From Setoptus koraiensis (Eukaryota > Animalia > Arthropoda), in assembly GCA_048013815.1 (NCBI GenBank), contig CM106585.1:5332001-5396000 (forward strand): DNA of 64,000 nt, given 5' to 3'. The notes under the pieces were generated by a model. The model saw nothing but the letters and a program-made list of their open reading frames with translations. It was not told the DNA's origin and ran no database searches. Shown here piece after piece: positions 1 to 13,933 of this stretch (positions within the stretch are counted from its first letter, which is position 1; every line of letters begins with the position of its first letter). The translations under genes and the position numbers were made by a program.

Positions 1-759
1 GTTTTGAGATAGATAAATCAGCAAAAATATTCTTCCATCTAATTGAGCGCAACTCGATGGCTTTTGGCCGTCTGAATTGCGCCGGACATGTATCACCGCG
101 ATCACGGGTATCGCGTCGCGGCGACAACACTAAAGAGATGATTGCGGGCCCGCTAATGTCGCCTAGCCGGCCCACCCGATTGATATCATCAATTTGATGG
201 GTCACACAAGCATCGTCGAGCATGCATAAATGCGCCACTTTTACCAGCCAACAGGACAACTCTGGCGAGTCGCGACAACAGGATATGCGCACCACTCCAG
301 CCAGCTACACACTAATCAACAGCCACTTCACATCACAGCTGGCACATCCACACCATGGATGCCAGCAAATAAATGGGGCCCCGAAACGGCCTGCCAAAAT
401 GGCTGAAAATGCGCCGCAAAATGGCAAGACCGCGCTGGCTAGACGCTGCCGGTAGTGGGGCTCACGCTGTAATTATGTATGTATGTATGTATTGCTATTT
501 ATATCCTTTGATAGTGATGGCACTTGTGTGAGTTAGAGTAGTGGTGCAGTGATTATGTAAGTTGTTGTCCGTTATTATTCTTGTTATTATGTAAAGCCGA
601 TATAAAGTGTCACGCTCAAGAATTGCGTAATATTGTGCGCTGCCCACAATGCCGTTTATATGGTGTTATGGTGCGCTCAATTGTGCAATTGGCCGACAGC
701 GCGCGCGATTATTTATAGACTACTCGAATAACCGTTACCATTCAAATAATACGTATACG

Positions 760-763
<4 letters not shown>

Positions 764-818
<55 letters not shown>
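764..818. repeat. (TG)n microsatellite, ~27 units
   Basis: Uninterrupted TG run seen directly; it explains the VCVCVC ORF 649..939. Confidence 0.97.
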
Positions 819-819
<1 letters not shown>

Positions 820-1929
820 GTTGTGTGTCGGTGTGCGTCGGCCACTAGCAATGGGGCCCCGACAAACTTATTATTCGAAGGGCCCCCGATGAGACACACT
901 CAAGTGCAAACTCGTAATCATGACAAGTCGCTGAATTAACTCGGCGACGGGCCCCACTAACGAGCTAAATACACGACTATCTCTGTCGGTGATGTGCTTT
1001 CCATTTCGCCCTAAACGATGTGCTGTCTGCGTGCTGTGTTTTTGGCGTCTTACAACTTACATCCGTCTTCGTTGCGGGCCCCATTTGCTCTCAACAGCGC
1101 ACACATAACATATAACATGTGCCAAGTGCCAGCGCAAACGGGGGATATTTGCCTCTCTCTCTCTCACTTGCACTTGCTTGCCATAATCACCGGCTCACCG
1201 GCCTTCGAGTGCTCAGCTACGAGTTCTGGCTAGGCGCGCAGCTAGCTCGCCAACCGGCGGCCAGCCAGCGGCAACCAGCGGCCAGCCACAAAGCTGGCTG
1301 GCCGGCCGACCGGCCGGCAAGCAGATGAGTAGCGTCAAATAACAAGGGGCCCCTCGATCGAGATTATGCCGGCCAGATATTCAATCTTGTGTGCTCGTGT
1401 CGCACAAACAAGCCGAATCGTCGCCCTCTCCCTTTTATACTCGAATGTCCGAGACACACTTCTTGTATAATCTTACTTAAGCACACACTGACCACTCTTG
1501 TTGAGCCGCTCTTTGGGGCCCCGACGAGGCCCCAAGGAGCTCAAACTTGAGCGCCTAAGCTTGGCGTGCCGCCGCTCCGTCCGCGTCACTCTGTGCAGTG
1601 GCCATGGCGAGCTGGCGAGCTAGTTGCGTAACAGCGCCCGTTATGATCATAGCACGAGTTACCATGATTGCCCTTGTTCTCTCATTCCGTGGACCGGGCG
1701 CGCGCCGCCAACCGGCCGGCCCGCCACTGGCCGGCCCGAGCCAAGTGGTGCCGTGCGGCGGGCAGCAAGTCGCAGCGGCCGCACGGCGACATCGACAAGG
1801 GCGCACCTCAAACTGATGGTCGAGTCATATAATTTACATGATGAGTTGGCACATCTGGTGCATACTGGTGGTGCATTGTTGTTGAAGAGGGCAGCTCATT
1901 ACGTATGGCAGCCGCCATTGTGCAACGCG

Positions 1930-2053
1930 CAACAACAGCAGCACAACAGCGCAACAACAGCGCAACAACAACGACAACAACAACGACAACATCAGCAACA
2001 ACAACAGCAACAACAGCAACAACAACAGCAACAACAACAACAACAACAACAAC
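1930..2053. repeat. CAA/CAG trinucleotide low-complexity tract
   Basis: Imperfect (CAA)n/(CAG)n run giving polyQ, polyT and polyL in different frames. No flanking domain supports coding. Confidence 0.9.
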
Positions 2054-5000
2054 GGGGCCATTGTTGTCGCTGATGTTGTGCGCTCTTTGTGTTTTTGTTG
2101 CTGTCTCGTTGTCTTGGCCCCCTCATTTCATACTGCTCATGCCTTGCCATCCGCGCCTATGGCCCCCATCCCCTCAACGGTCGATGTTACGCAATATGCA
2201 AGACACTAGCCCACTAGCCATTATGATTTGGCACACGGCCGCTAGGTAACTCAAGTGACGCTTGACATGTGTGTCAGCGAGCTAGCTTGCCACGGAACTA
2301 TGTGCTGTCGCCCCCCGTTTTCAGTGGCCGGCTTAAACAATTCAAAGTGTTTCGCGCATATTTGCATCGTGGGGCCCATCTTGAGCCCGTCCGACAGCTG
2401 ACAACTGGTGCCAGGCAGGTCGCCCGACGAAAACATTGACAATTGGCGCCCACGACGCACCGCCGAAAACTTGCCAACCGGTCCAGTGGGCGCCTGTCGG
2501 CAAGTCTAGCTTCGATTGACACTATGCGAGGGGGCCGATCGAGCGGCAATGGCAAGTGTGCAGTCGCTCCGTATTTATAGTATAAATACGCTATTACATT
2601 ATTATACCCAGAAACGCCGGGAGCGCCCCAACAGAATTTTGGAGGCCCGAGCGCTTGGCGCCAAAATTAAAATCGCGCATCCTGCTACCGAGCTAGCGCT
2701 GGTCGCTGACCAGCGCTCGCTACAGGCCAATGCGACAGCCAGCTGCCAACAAGTGAACGAGCTATTTTGAGTGCCATTTTCTTGCTCGTGTCGTGGATAA
2801 AGTTAAATTAAATTAAAAAAAAAGAAGCGAAACAAAAAGTGTCATGACTCGTGACATAACAATGACACACAAACGACGACCGAGGCGCCATGATAGAATG
2901 ATGAAATAATACAAGCGGAGTAGGTGCGACTGACTGCACCATCAACGGTTACATAATGGTGTAATTTGTCGTGACAAACAGAGAGGTACCCTTGCCATTG
3001 TCGTTGTTTTCTGTCGGTTTGTGTGGCGCATAGTGCGACGCTGCTCGTTTGTATCGGGTACAGCGGTGGTGTCCGTCGGGCCGGTCGTGACGGTAGGCCC
3101 GTTCGTGAGCCAGTATTAGTGAGGGTATGGCGCACAGGGCGGACCGGGCCGGCAAGGCGAGCGAAGAAACGGGAAGCAGCGGGAGGCAATCACATTTAGC
3201 TACTTGAGGGAGCCCAGAGGGTCGAGCACGAACAGCAGCGGCGGCGGCGGCGGCCACTTGGCGCAAGTTTCGATTTTGAAACTTGACAACTTTTATCCAG
3301 TTGTCGCCAGACACGACACGAGCTCGCACAAATGGGGCCCACGGCTTGTAGGCCGCAGCTGTGGGTGCCTGACGGGCTGCGAGTGGCTCTTATCGAGGGC
3401 GCCCTTTCTGTCGCTTATTTCTTTCGCTGTCGCTTGTTTCGGGCCCCGTCTTGGCCAGCCAGCCAGCCAGCCATCCCGACAACCAGCGAGCCATTCCGAC
3501 AGCCAGCCATTCCGACAGCCAGCCAGAAATGCGCGTATCGAGCCAGACAGCCAGACAGTAGTGACAGTGAGACAATCGAGCTCGGATCAAGGCTGAGCCA
3601 GACAGTGAGACGACGTGCCCCACAAGATAGGTATATAAAGAGCTTAATCTAGTCGGGTTGATCTGGCGTGCGCGCTTGCAAGCGCCCGCCAGCGGATAGT
3701 TTGTCTGGATGTCGTAAGCGTTTGCTGTTTGACAGCTAAACACAAGCCAGCGGCAGGGGCGCCGACGACGTTCAAGGTCGGTGCACTTGTCGCCACGGCA
3801 AGGTCGGCTCGGATTTAAGAGCCGCCGGCTGACTCCGGCTGGCTCCGGCTGGCAATCGGAGAACGGGGCCCCATTGCTCGAGTCGATTGGGCGACGCACT
3901 AATGCGCACTATACTATTCAATGGCGTTTCGGGGCGAGGGGGGCCCGTTGAGAGCCGTTGAGCGCCAGCACAAAACACATCACACACAGATACCGAGAAG
4001 GGGCGCCCTCACAAAAGAGACAGCGGATATAAATATCTGTCTGGCTGGCAGGCTGGCAGCCAGTTGCGCCATTTGGCATCGCATCAGTCACTAGATGATG
4101 GCTAGACGCGATGATATTAATGCATTATGCATATACCACTGAAACTATGCGACATATGCGCCCGATATAACGAGCCATATAACATGTGCATTAATGTCAG
4201 CTACTATTTGTGCGCTAGTCACCACAACCATCGCCGCCGCCGCCGCCGCCGCCAATACGACAAAAGTGGCCATATCATATCCATCAACATCACATGCGAG
4301 CAGCATTATGTGCCCCTTTGGGGCCCCATCGCGTCGGGATGGCTGGCGAGCATCACTTGGCCCCACTTGCACCGAGCTGGCCGTGCCAACAATAAAACAT
4401 TGTAGCCACCAACAGTCATCGAAATATCTGCCCACTGATCACCAGTGGGCGCCAGTGACTGGCGAGATGGTGGCCACTAGCGACCAGGCACAATCTCGCC
4501 TACCGGCATGCAGTGGCGTGCAGGAAATGGCCTTCGGCTGCGTGGCTCACGGCTTGTGGGGCCCCTGCGAGCACCTTGGCAACTATCGCAATATCGCCAA
4601 ATGCAATATTGCGATATCCATCACGACAATGAGCCGATTTGTGGGCCATTCATCTTGAACCAGCGAACCCGTCGCATGAGGGCAGCATCTCGAGCCTCGG
4701 CACTCGAGGGCCCGCCGGACAGCGCCTGTCGGGCCTCATTTCTGCCCATTTCCCATGTTTATATCCGCATGTCGCCGCCACAAGTCGCCATGGAGCTTTG
4801 CTGTCGGTGGCTGTGATGACCTGCTGCACGGGGCGAGCTTGCCTCATATTCATATATATTACCTCATATTTATATATATGAGGCGCGTTACATGGGCATG
4901 CCACGAATCAGGCCAATCGCTATCGATTATTATCCGATATCCGATCCATTTCTGGTTGTCTGGCGAAAACGCCGCAAACTCGCCCCCATTCAGCACGAAG

Positions 5001-5868
5001 TTCGTGCCCTTATGTCGGTCAGAGGGTATCTGTTTCAGAGGGCAGATAGCTTCTGGCCAATTCTGGCCGAATTGGTATTCTCAAAAACACAACAATGCCC
5101 CGATGGTATTTACATTTCTAGCCGAATTTCGCCCAATTTATCTCGCGTTCCAACGGAAATACCCGTAATGTTCGTTATGGTATGAACGATTTTTGCTCAA
5201 CTCAGAAAATAAGTCCGACTTCCGGCGACACACTACTGCAAATTGCAAAAGATCCGATTGCACAGATTGGGTAGAACAGGGTAGCCTCCAAATGTGAATC
5301 GTGAGCGGGAATGCGGGCGCATCGAAAATAAATTGGCTCATTTGTGAACTGTTGGCTTTAGTTTGATTGGGTCTAATTTAATTAGTTCAATTTAAAACGG
5401 GCACCAGTTGTTCACAAATTGCCAAAAATCTGTCTAGCTCGTAACGGAACGACTCACTGACTCATGAACGGTCGCTATTTGTTATGGCCGATGTTTGGGG
5501 CCATTGCCAGAACCCTGGTAGTTGCCTATAATAGAGCCATAGCAAAGGGTATTAGTGCGACCGCAAGAGGCTCGAACCCGGCGCTGCCCATCCAGTCGGA
5601 CGCCGGTCTGGACGGGGCCGGCTGGCGGGCCGGTTGTTGGCGGACAATGAGGTATTTCTAATAGTTCCTATTAGTTAGCGCCAGTAGACTGTTGGACTAG
5701 TGTCCAGTGAGAGTGAGAATGACAAGTTGCGCGTTTCAGACAGGGCGACCCCAATAAGAATAAGAAACGCTGACATGCGTTGCCGGCTGAATTGTGCCGG
5801 CCTTGGCGGGCCTGTCTGACCAGTCTGGCCAGTCGCGCCAGTCGCGCCAGACAAGTAGCGCCGGAAAC

Positions 5869-5943
5869 GAGCCCGCTGAATCGCGCGGCCGGCAAGCCCG
5901 CTGAATTGCGCGGCCGGCGAGCCCGCTGAACCGCGCGGCCGGG
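5869..5943. repeat. 25-bp tandem repeat x3 (GAGCCCGCTGAAtcGCGCGGCCGGC)
   Basis: Three near-identical 25-mers at 5869, 5894 and 5919. Confidence 0.9.
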
Positions 5944-7374
5944 TGGGTATAATTTAAACTGTCCACGGAGCCATTACTATTCGTCTCGAGCTCGTCTTAT
6001 TGTTGGCGTTATTGCTGTCGTGTGTCGCATCATCGAGTCGAACGAGTGATGAGCCACCGAAGATAACGACAACTTCATCATGCTGGCCAGTGCCTAGCTG
6101 GCCAACAGCCCAGATATACAGCGCCCAGACGATTGCGAACGAGCTGAGAATGAGGCCTAAATGGGGCCCCTGTTTTTTGCGCCCAACGGCCAACGACAAC
6201 GGGCAAAAAGGGGGCGCCACACGACATCGCGGCAGCGAATCGCGCAGCGCGTGCCAGACGATTGGGGCCTCCGTGTTTCCGTCACCCACTTTTTGTGGGC
6301 CCCATACACCCCTATATACCTTATATACCCACTATACTGCATGTGCAACATATACCCCATGTGCCTCGTGTGTACCCGCCCGTGGGTACCAATGCCAGCT
6401 CGTCACGCTCGTTGACTACCATTGTATATCTTTATACTGGCTGTCCATTTATGCATGATGAAATGCATGGTGCGTGTTTGTTATGTAATGCTCGCTAGTT
6501 CGTGCACGAGTTTGCGGCACGTCGTGGCGCTGACGCAACGTATGGCAATGGCCGTGGGCACTGCCACCAAAACTGCAGCGGGCCCCATTGAGCACCACAT
6601 ATCGCGCCTACAGCGCCACTGTCTAGCCATTGGCATATGCCGTTAGACAGTGGATCAATGCAGCGGCTACCGCGGTTATGTTGCGCAACTTGGCCGGCTC
6701 GACACTGTCGCCGGGCGCCCCCCGTTTACGGCACCCCGAAACTGGTCACGTAATGAGGCCCGCAGTGTGGCACTGCCGGCGGAACATGTCAGTGATTGCA
6801 AGATATGATGTTGCTGCTGTTGCTGCTGCCGCTATATGATCTATCGAAGCCAACTTTGTCAACATGGCGCATACATGAACGCACGCTGACGCGCGGCCCC
6901 ATTTTTATGCCCGATAGATGGGCACAAAAATGTCGCCCGTTTATCCATTTATGCTCACGCACATATAACGGCAAACAAATATCGGGCACAAATGTCCAGT
7001 GGGCCAGTTGGCCCACAGGCTCACTTGGCATGCCCCGGTGGCTTGTGGCGAACGGGGCCCCGCAAGCCACGCGGGACAGCGGCACAGGCCATTGTTGTCG
7101 TGGGCGAGCCGTCGTCGACGTTTATTGTCGATTATTGTCGGCCGGGCCCCACTGGATCGACGGATTGTGCTGGTCGGATGCTCGCTGGATATTGGCTGGG
7201 CCCCATACATATACATTGTGCTCGCCCCGTTGTGCACAATGTACATGTATCGTCATGGCGCCGTCTGACATGCGACGGCCATTCCGTTCGGGGGCCCCCG
7301 CGCATAAAACGCGCTCGTTTCATCGGCAAGCGACGAGAGCCGCTCCCCAGACACAACCGGCAACCCGGCGCTGG

Positions 7375-7410
7375 CCGGCCTCGACATTGGCCGGCCAATG
7401 TCGAGGCCGG
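7375..7410. repeat. Perfect 36-bp palindrome
   Basis: CCGGCCTCGACATTGGCC|GGCCAATGTCGAGGCCGG: 18-bp arms are exact reverse complements with no spacer. Confidence 0.95.
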
Positions 7411-9985
7411 GCGCCCCAATAGCAAGGACATGTGACGGTCGAACTGTGTGGCGCGTGCGAGGCCCCAATGGCAGTTGCCTGACAGTGGCGACAGTGGAAT
7501 ATGACGACCATGACGTGCAGTGGCCCTGGCAACACTGGCACACAAACATGGATATATTCATACGGTTGGGGCCCGCGCTCATAACAATGCACAGTGCATA
7601 CCAATCGCTCACAATGTTGGCCCCAAATTCTGGTTTCTGTGTGGGGCCAATATGTGCGTATATGCCGCCAATACCCGTCCGAGCAAATGCTGCAATGGTT
7701 GCAGCGCCGGCGGCCCGTTGAAGCGGCCAACGGCGACAACGGGCCAAACCGGGCCGAGGTGCCCGGCATGCGACACACAATCGCGGCTGCAGCCACGGAT
7801 ATTTAACCGTCAATGCATGTAATCATAGCGTGGCGGCGCCGCATCGCGCTGCATTGCCCGAGCGCGAAACCCGAACAAGCCGCATAAATAAAAGTTAGCG
7901 GGCGACTCATTATATTTATGAGCTTGTGACCTGCGTGTGTCTGTTGCCGGTGAAAATTATTTATCCGTTGTTTGTGCGAGGCATGGGCGAGAGGGGCGCG
8001 CGGCGAAACAACGCCGGCAACTGTCGAAATAGTCGAGTCGAAATGGTCGAGCACGAAAAGCAATCGGGCAAGGGCAAAAAAGCGAACAACTTCATCCCAA
8101 GTGATGATGATATCCATACAAATGTGGCGCTGTCATGCCGCTCTCGAGACCTTGACACCGGCGCAACTCACCTGAGGCTCCTGACGACGACTCAGGAGGC
8201 TCGCCCCGGTCGCATGCCAGCCGACGGCAAACCCGAAAATGCACTATCGGCCACTATTTCTGCTTTCCGTTCGGAAATTTCGAGCCGGCCCCCCGAACAG
8301 TTCGACCAGAGCGAGCCCAATGGACAGCGCAGGCGAGCCGACAACAGCCGAAACGTCATCACTTATCTGTCAGTATATCAAATGGGGCCCAAACGAAATG
8401 CATGTACGGTGCGTGGCTCACCTGATCAGGAAGCTGGCCGACGGGACTGTTTCGGGCGAAAAAGCCGCCACTAAAACGAAAGCAATGTCCGCTTGTCCGT
8501 CAACAGTGTCACTGTTACAGTGAGGCGAAAAACGCCAAAAACAGCGACCTCGCAACAAGCCGTCAGGCTGACTAGTCGGACGGGTGAGCCAATGAGCCAG
8601 ATGAGATGTTTTCGGATAGATAGTTTTCGGTTGGCACTGTTAGCGCTGGCAAAATGTATGCGCAAATGAGCCCACAAACATTCAGCGCGGCAAGCTTGGA
8701 TGGGCGCGAAATGGGATTGAAAGCGAAAATCATTCTCGGAAAATGAAGCTGCAGCCTTCATCCCGAAGTGGGCCGCGTCACAACGAGCCACGGCACGATG
8801 AAATAATTTCGGGCTGCAATTGGTTGGTTGGGAGCCCCAATCAATGCGAGCACGCAAGCATCGGCGCTTGCATTGACGAAATTCGACCCAATTGGCAGCT
8901 CCATCAACTTGCCCCGATATGCCGGATTGGATATTTCAGGCGAATTGCGGGGGCGCCGTCATGCCGACTCGTTATGATTAAAATATTTGTTTTGGCTTGG
9001 TTTGCGTGTGTGTTCGTTAGTAGCCGGCATAACAAAATATAATTTATACATGTGCTGTAAAAATAACATTGTCGTCGTGGTTGCTGCGCTGTTGGTGCGT
9101 AGATTGTTGAAAAATATTGATGAAAAAAAAAATTGTTGTAACTGGCGCAATGGGGAGCACCAAAGCTGCCACTCAAACGCATTATTCGCACATGGGCGAC
9201 ATATGTACCCATGAAGCAAAAGAAAGAAAACAGCTAAAGCAAAAATGCTAAGAGAAAGAGTGGCCGCCCACGCCAATTTGCACCACTCAACCCAATTTGC
9301 CAGCCAGAAACTTTTGCGACAACTTGTCAGCTAGTTTACCTGACTGGCAACATTTGTTAGTCGACGCTTATCAACACACTTTGCCCATGGTGGGTCCGGT
9401 GCGGTCCTCATGGCGACCCGGCGACCAATTATGGAGCTCGCCGATCATAATTGCTCGGATAAGCCGTCGCGCAATATATATAATATATAATAAATAATAT
9501 TATATGACAATGCTCATGCACATATACGTATGACTTGTGTATGCTTGCAAAGAGTGATAACCGTTATAAAGTCCAAAGTAACTCAAGTAGAAACTGCGCC
9601 AAGACCCACGGTGCGGGCGCCTGGCGGGTCAAAATACGCATTAATCGAAGCAGACAAGTCGACCCATGATGGTTACGTCATATGTGGGCCCCATGCGATG
9701 CAGCGAGTCGCATCGCGCCAGTGTGCTCGTGTTCCGGTGCATTGTGCGTGCCACCACTAAGTGAGAAATGTCATTATGAGCCTGTCATAATTATCATTAT
9801 CATCCACTTATCTTGCCATTTTCACCGCTGACTGCCGACTGTCGCTCTCGTCTGAGCCTCTCATATAAATGCAGCTGCCTTCGTCGCTTCACTCACACTT
9901 ATGCCTCACGTACCGCCATAAGTTATTCGCGAGAGCTCTTGATATAAATCAAGGGCACACCCACCTGCCCACGAGCCAAGGGCCC

Positions 9986-10202
9986 CTCGAAACCTCTGGT
10001 GGCGACGATTTCAGCCTCGAAATTTCTAGCGGCGACGATTTCGGCCTCGAAATTTCTAGCGGCGACGATTTCGGCCTCGAAATTTCTGGCGGCGACGATT
10101 TCGGTCTCGAAATTTCTAGCGGCGACGATTTCGGCCTCGAAATTTCTAGCGGCGACGATTTCGGCCTCGAAATTTCTAGCGGCGACGATTTCGGTCTCGA
10201 AA
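9986..10202. repeat. 30-bp minisatellite, ~7 copies (GGCGACGATTTCGGCCTCGAAATTTCTAGC)
   Basis: Units start at 10001, 10031 ... 10181. Each has an internal dyad ATTTCG-n4-CGAAAT. There are no spacers between units. Confidence 0.97.
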
Positions 10203-11112
10203 CGGCTTCGGGGCCCAGGAATGAGCGTTTCGCAGCCGGAGCACGTCGCCTAGAGTGCGCCTCGCGAGACAACCATTCAAAACAATTGGTCGCCACTCCA
10301 CGCGGCTCACAACAGTCGCGAATAATAACGGCCGCTCGTCGAGCAGCCAGCTCGAATCAAAAGTGACTAGTGGGCGCACGTAGCCACCACAAATATCTGG
10401 CCGTCACTGATATTGGGGATAGTTATCGCGGGCCGCTTTTCTAGCCTGTGGCTAGTACTGCCGTAGGGTGCAAAAAGGGCGCGCCGGGACGCCAATAATT
10501 GAGGTTGTCGCGTAAGCAGATATACATGTGCATGCGACAGCATTTATCGTTAGTTAACAACAACAAGGCCGTAGCTGTTATTTATAATGCTGGGGCCCCA
10601 CACAACAAGCGAGCTGCTGTCACTGGGCTGCAATTCGAGGCCGAGCTGGCGGCTGCCAATGGGCCCCAATGACTAGAGTCGACAAGCGTTGGTGCCTCTT
10701 GATGTTGTCTGCGAAACACTTCGAAACACTTGGAGGCACTAGGTTTCGTTGTTGAGATATTTTTATCCGCTTGTTCCTTGCATATGCTGCGCATATGCCG
10801 GCTCCTTATGGTCGCGCCCTGAGTTGTCCTTGGAATTTCTGCCGCGAAAACAGAGACACACGAAACAGGGAGTACAGGGTCGGACGAAACGGGGAGAGCA
10901 GGGAGGGAGATTAGGGTGGCTCTTTGGGCGCCGATTCTCATTCTCGGGCATCGGCCGCGCATTTCCGATCCGGGGGGCAGCGCGTCGGAGTTGGGATGGA
11001 TTTTTCGAGCCCTGGACGCGCAACATCATACGCGATTCGCGCACGAACAGAGTTTTTCCCCTCAAACGAGCCCCAGTTAGGCGCCCTTATTGACTCAATA
11101 GTATTGAGGCCC

Positions 11113-11202
11113 GTTGTTTCGGGGATTTTCGTTGTTTTGGGAATTGTCGTTGTTCTGGGAATTGCTGCTGCTTTGGGAGTTGCTGTTGTTTTGGAGATTG
11201 TC
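11113..11202. repeat. Degenerate 18-bp tandem repeat x5 (GTTGTTTTGGGAATTGTC)
   Basis: Five diverged 18-mers in tandem. Confidence 0.8.
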
Positions 11203-13888
11203 GCTTTTTGAGGCCCCTGGCAGTGGCTGATCTGGTCGAGTTTCGCAACAGATTCGTGGGTGGCGCCCGCAATCTGGGGGCGCTTGTTTCAACTTTTAAC
11301 TGTTTCTGTGGCTACTGAACGGTTCAAACGAGCAGAACGCAAACGCCCACGAACAGACGGCGGGCCGAATGTGACCAGCGATCGGCCCGAGCTCATTAAT
11401 TTAAAGCGCCTCACCTGCGGATATGGCACCGATCTCGGGCGCATCGTGTGATGTAATGACACACAACGATGCACGAGTACGTCCGCATGACTTTAAATTG
11501 CCGGCAGGCGTCACTCGTGGCACCGGTGGCAGCTAGCGGCCGGATAAAACTCTGCTAGCTGGGGCATAACGCCACCGAAATCATGTCTAGCCAGTGGGCA
11601 CCAAGCCAGCGGCCAGCGCCAGCACTTTTTCGGGGCCGCCCCGAAAAAGTGCGTTTGCGTGGGCGGTTTGGCGCTCGCCGGGTATCGGTGCCAGGGGCCC
11701 GGGTAGCGGCGCGGCGAATCATGCGAGCTCGCAATCAGCGAGACGACACACGGCGAGGCGCACTTTTTCAGCAGTACAACTTGTCAGTGGCGAATTGGCG
11801 GCTGCCAATTAATGGCTTGTGGCGTCGAACGAGGCCGCACTGGCGCCGTGGGCCGGACATAAAGTTTACGGACAAACACACGGGTAAACACACGGGTAGA
11901 CACACGGGTAAACAAGCGGCGTTCGGGCACGCGCCGCCCGGCGTCGCCAGAGATGGGGCGCCTATTTGCCCGATCTTGGCCAGACTTGATACAGTCTAGC
12001 CAGATTGCGCGCCTAAGCCACTGGCTCACGGCCACTGGCTTATGGCTCTGACAAGTCAGGGCTGTGCTCGGATATGTATGTATCACAGGCATATATCCGA
12101 GCACAAGACGATACTTTCTTGCTTGCCGGCGCTGGTAGCCGGGCGAGATTTCCGCTGCCGCTCGGACAGCCCGACAAAGCGGCCATTTGCTGCTGCACGG
12201 CGACACGCTCGAGCGACAAGCGGATGAAGGTCACAACGGGATGCTGCCCGTCGGTCGGCGGCCGGCGGCCGGCAGAACCCAAAACGGCAGCTAAAAGCAG
12301 CCAGAGCGCACAGCATACAAACAGCGGCAATCCGCCCGGGGGCCCTAATTTGCATAACGAGCTGCGCGCGCTTGTTGGCCGCTTGTTTCTCGTGCGCTCA
12401 TTGTTGGCCCGACAGAGCCGCCGCGGCCCGGCACAACGGCAACAACAATAGCGACAACAAGTTTGCGCAAGTGGCGCCCAGCGCACACCCGTCCGCGAAC
12501 GGGCCGACCCGCGGGAGCCCGCCGAATACGGGACGGGCGATATGGGCCCCGCTGGAAGTTGCAGACTGCGCGCCAGGTAGTGATGACGCGCGAGCAACAA
12601 CAGCAGCGCCACAAAGGCGCACCGAGAACAACGGTCTAAATGCGAACCGTTAGCGCTACATTGATCTTGGTTGGCGCATTGTGGGCCCCATCAGCGGGCC
12701 TCAACGCCAACCCTAACGAGCAAGTTAACGAGTGGGCACGATCATTATGCAACGACATGACCACTGTCGAGCTTGCTCGCTCATTACGGTGCAATCCGGT
12801 GTCGGTTAGCCCGTCGCCGGTGCCCGTTATAATATAACGGTTATATGTCATCAATATGTGTGTGTGTGCGTGTGTAACGGGATTACGTAACGCCGACTGG
12901 CTGTCGTTAATGAAGCGACGGACCACAACTACAACCGGCCCCAAACCGACCCTGAATTGAGGCCGCCATTACGCACAAGGATCCAAATTGCAATCTGCAA
13001 ATGGCCGGCAAATCATGCCGGCAGCGGCCAGAAATAGCCGCCACCCGATCGCCGGCCCCTCCAATCATACGCCCGCAGTCAGCTTGTGCAGTTGATCGGC
13101 CCACCGCTCAACGGTAATTTACCGGTTTGGCTGGACCGTTATTTGGGGCCCCAAAATACGATGATGGGTGTGCAGTGGCCAGTGCACAATGTTTTGCTCT
13201 GGCCAATTTCATTGGCTGGCCTGCGTGCCGGGCCAATCAAATTGCGGCCATGCAAATACGCCAGACGCATGACGTCACTTTTTTGACGTTTATGTCAATT
13301 TTCATTGCCGGTCCGTCGAGTTTTTGTTGACATTTGAAACGAAGCGCCCCGAGCGACAGTCGACGCTTGTCGGAACTGTACATGTGGCGCGGATATTTGC
13401 ATATCCGCGCGCCACATATCGCGCCGCCGGCGAGCCCGATTCACGGCAATTCACGCACGCATACCATCCGTGAACAATTGCGCCACGAGAGCTGTCCCAA
13501 TCCACACTCGATAGGGCCTCGAACTTCGAAGCCACCACGCCGATGCTGCTTGTTCGGCATCTTCGCTGGATGGATTGCTGCATTTCGAAGCGCGTTCTGT
13601 GAATATCCACGACCCAACATGCCCCTGGCTTGTTCATGTGTGGATTGTGCAGCAGTGGCAAGCCAGGGATTAGTGGCCGGCAATTAGTTTGTGTGCATAT
13701 GCACCCATAAAAGGCCGTTATGTGGGCCCGTTACACGGGCCGCTGTAACTTGTTGGTGCGAGCCATTAAATAAGCCAACTACCGAACGCGAGCAGCCTGA
13801 AGGGGGCGCCATTTCGGTATCAGTGACGGCTCGCTCAACATTTATTGACTGCCACTTCCGCTATTTGCACAAGTGCGCTGTTTGTCGA

Positions 13889-13933
13889 TGGTCAGTTTGC
13901 CAGTGGTCAGTTTGCCAGTGGTCAGTTTGCCGG
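13889..13933. repeat. 15-bp tandem repeat x3 (TGGTCAGTTTGCCAG)
   Basis: Three tandem copies, one mismatch. Confidence 0.9.

Noticed and set aside
4892-5341. Possible Tc1/mariner remnant (QKHNNAPM resembling HDNA)
   Set aside because: The motif match is weak, the other DDE motifs are missing or out of order, and no TIR or TA TSD was found.
5555-5625. tRNA/SINE-like B-box (GGTTCGAGCC, minus strand)
   Set aside because: The T-stem does not pair and no cloverleaf or A-box can be built. The same applies to GGTTCGAGGC near 46695.
9986-10202. CRISPR-like array (dyad-containing 30-bp repeats)
   Set aside because: The units are head-to-tail with no unique spacers, no cas genes are present and the context is eukaryotic.
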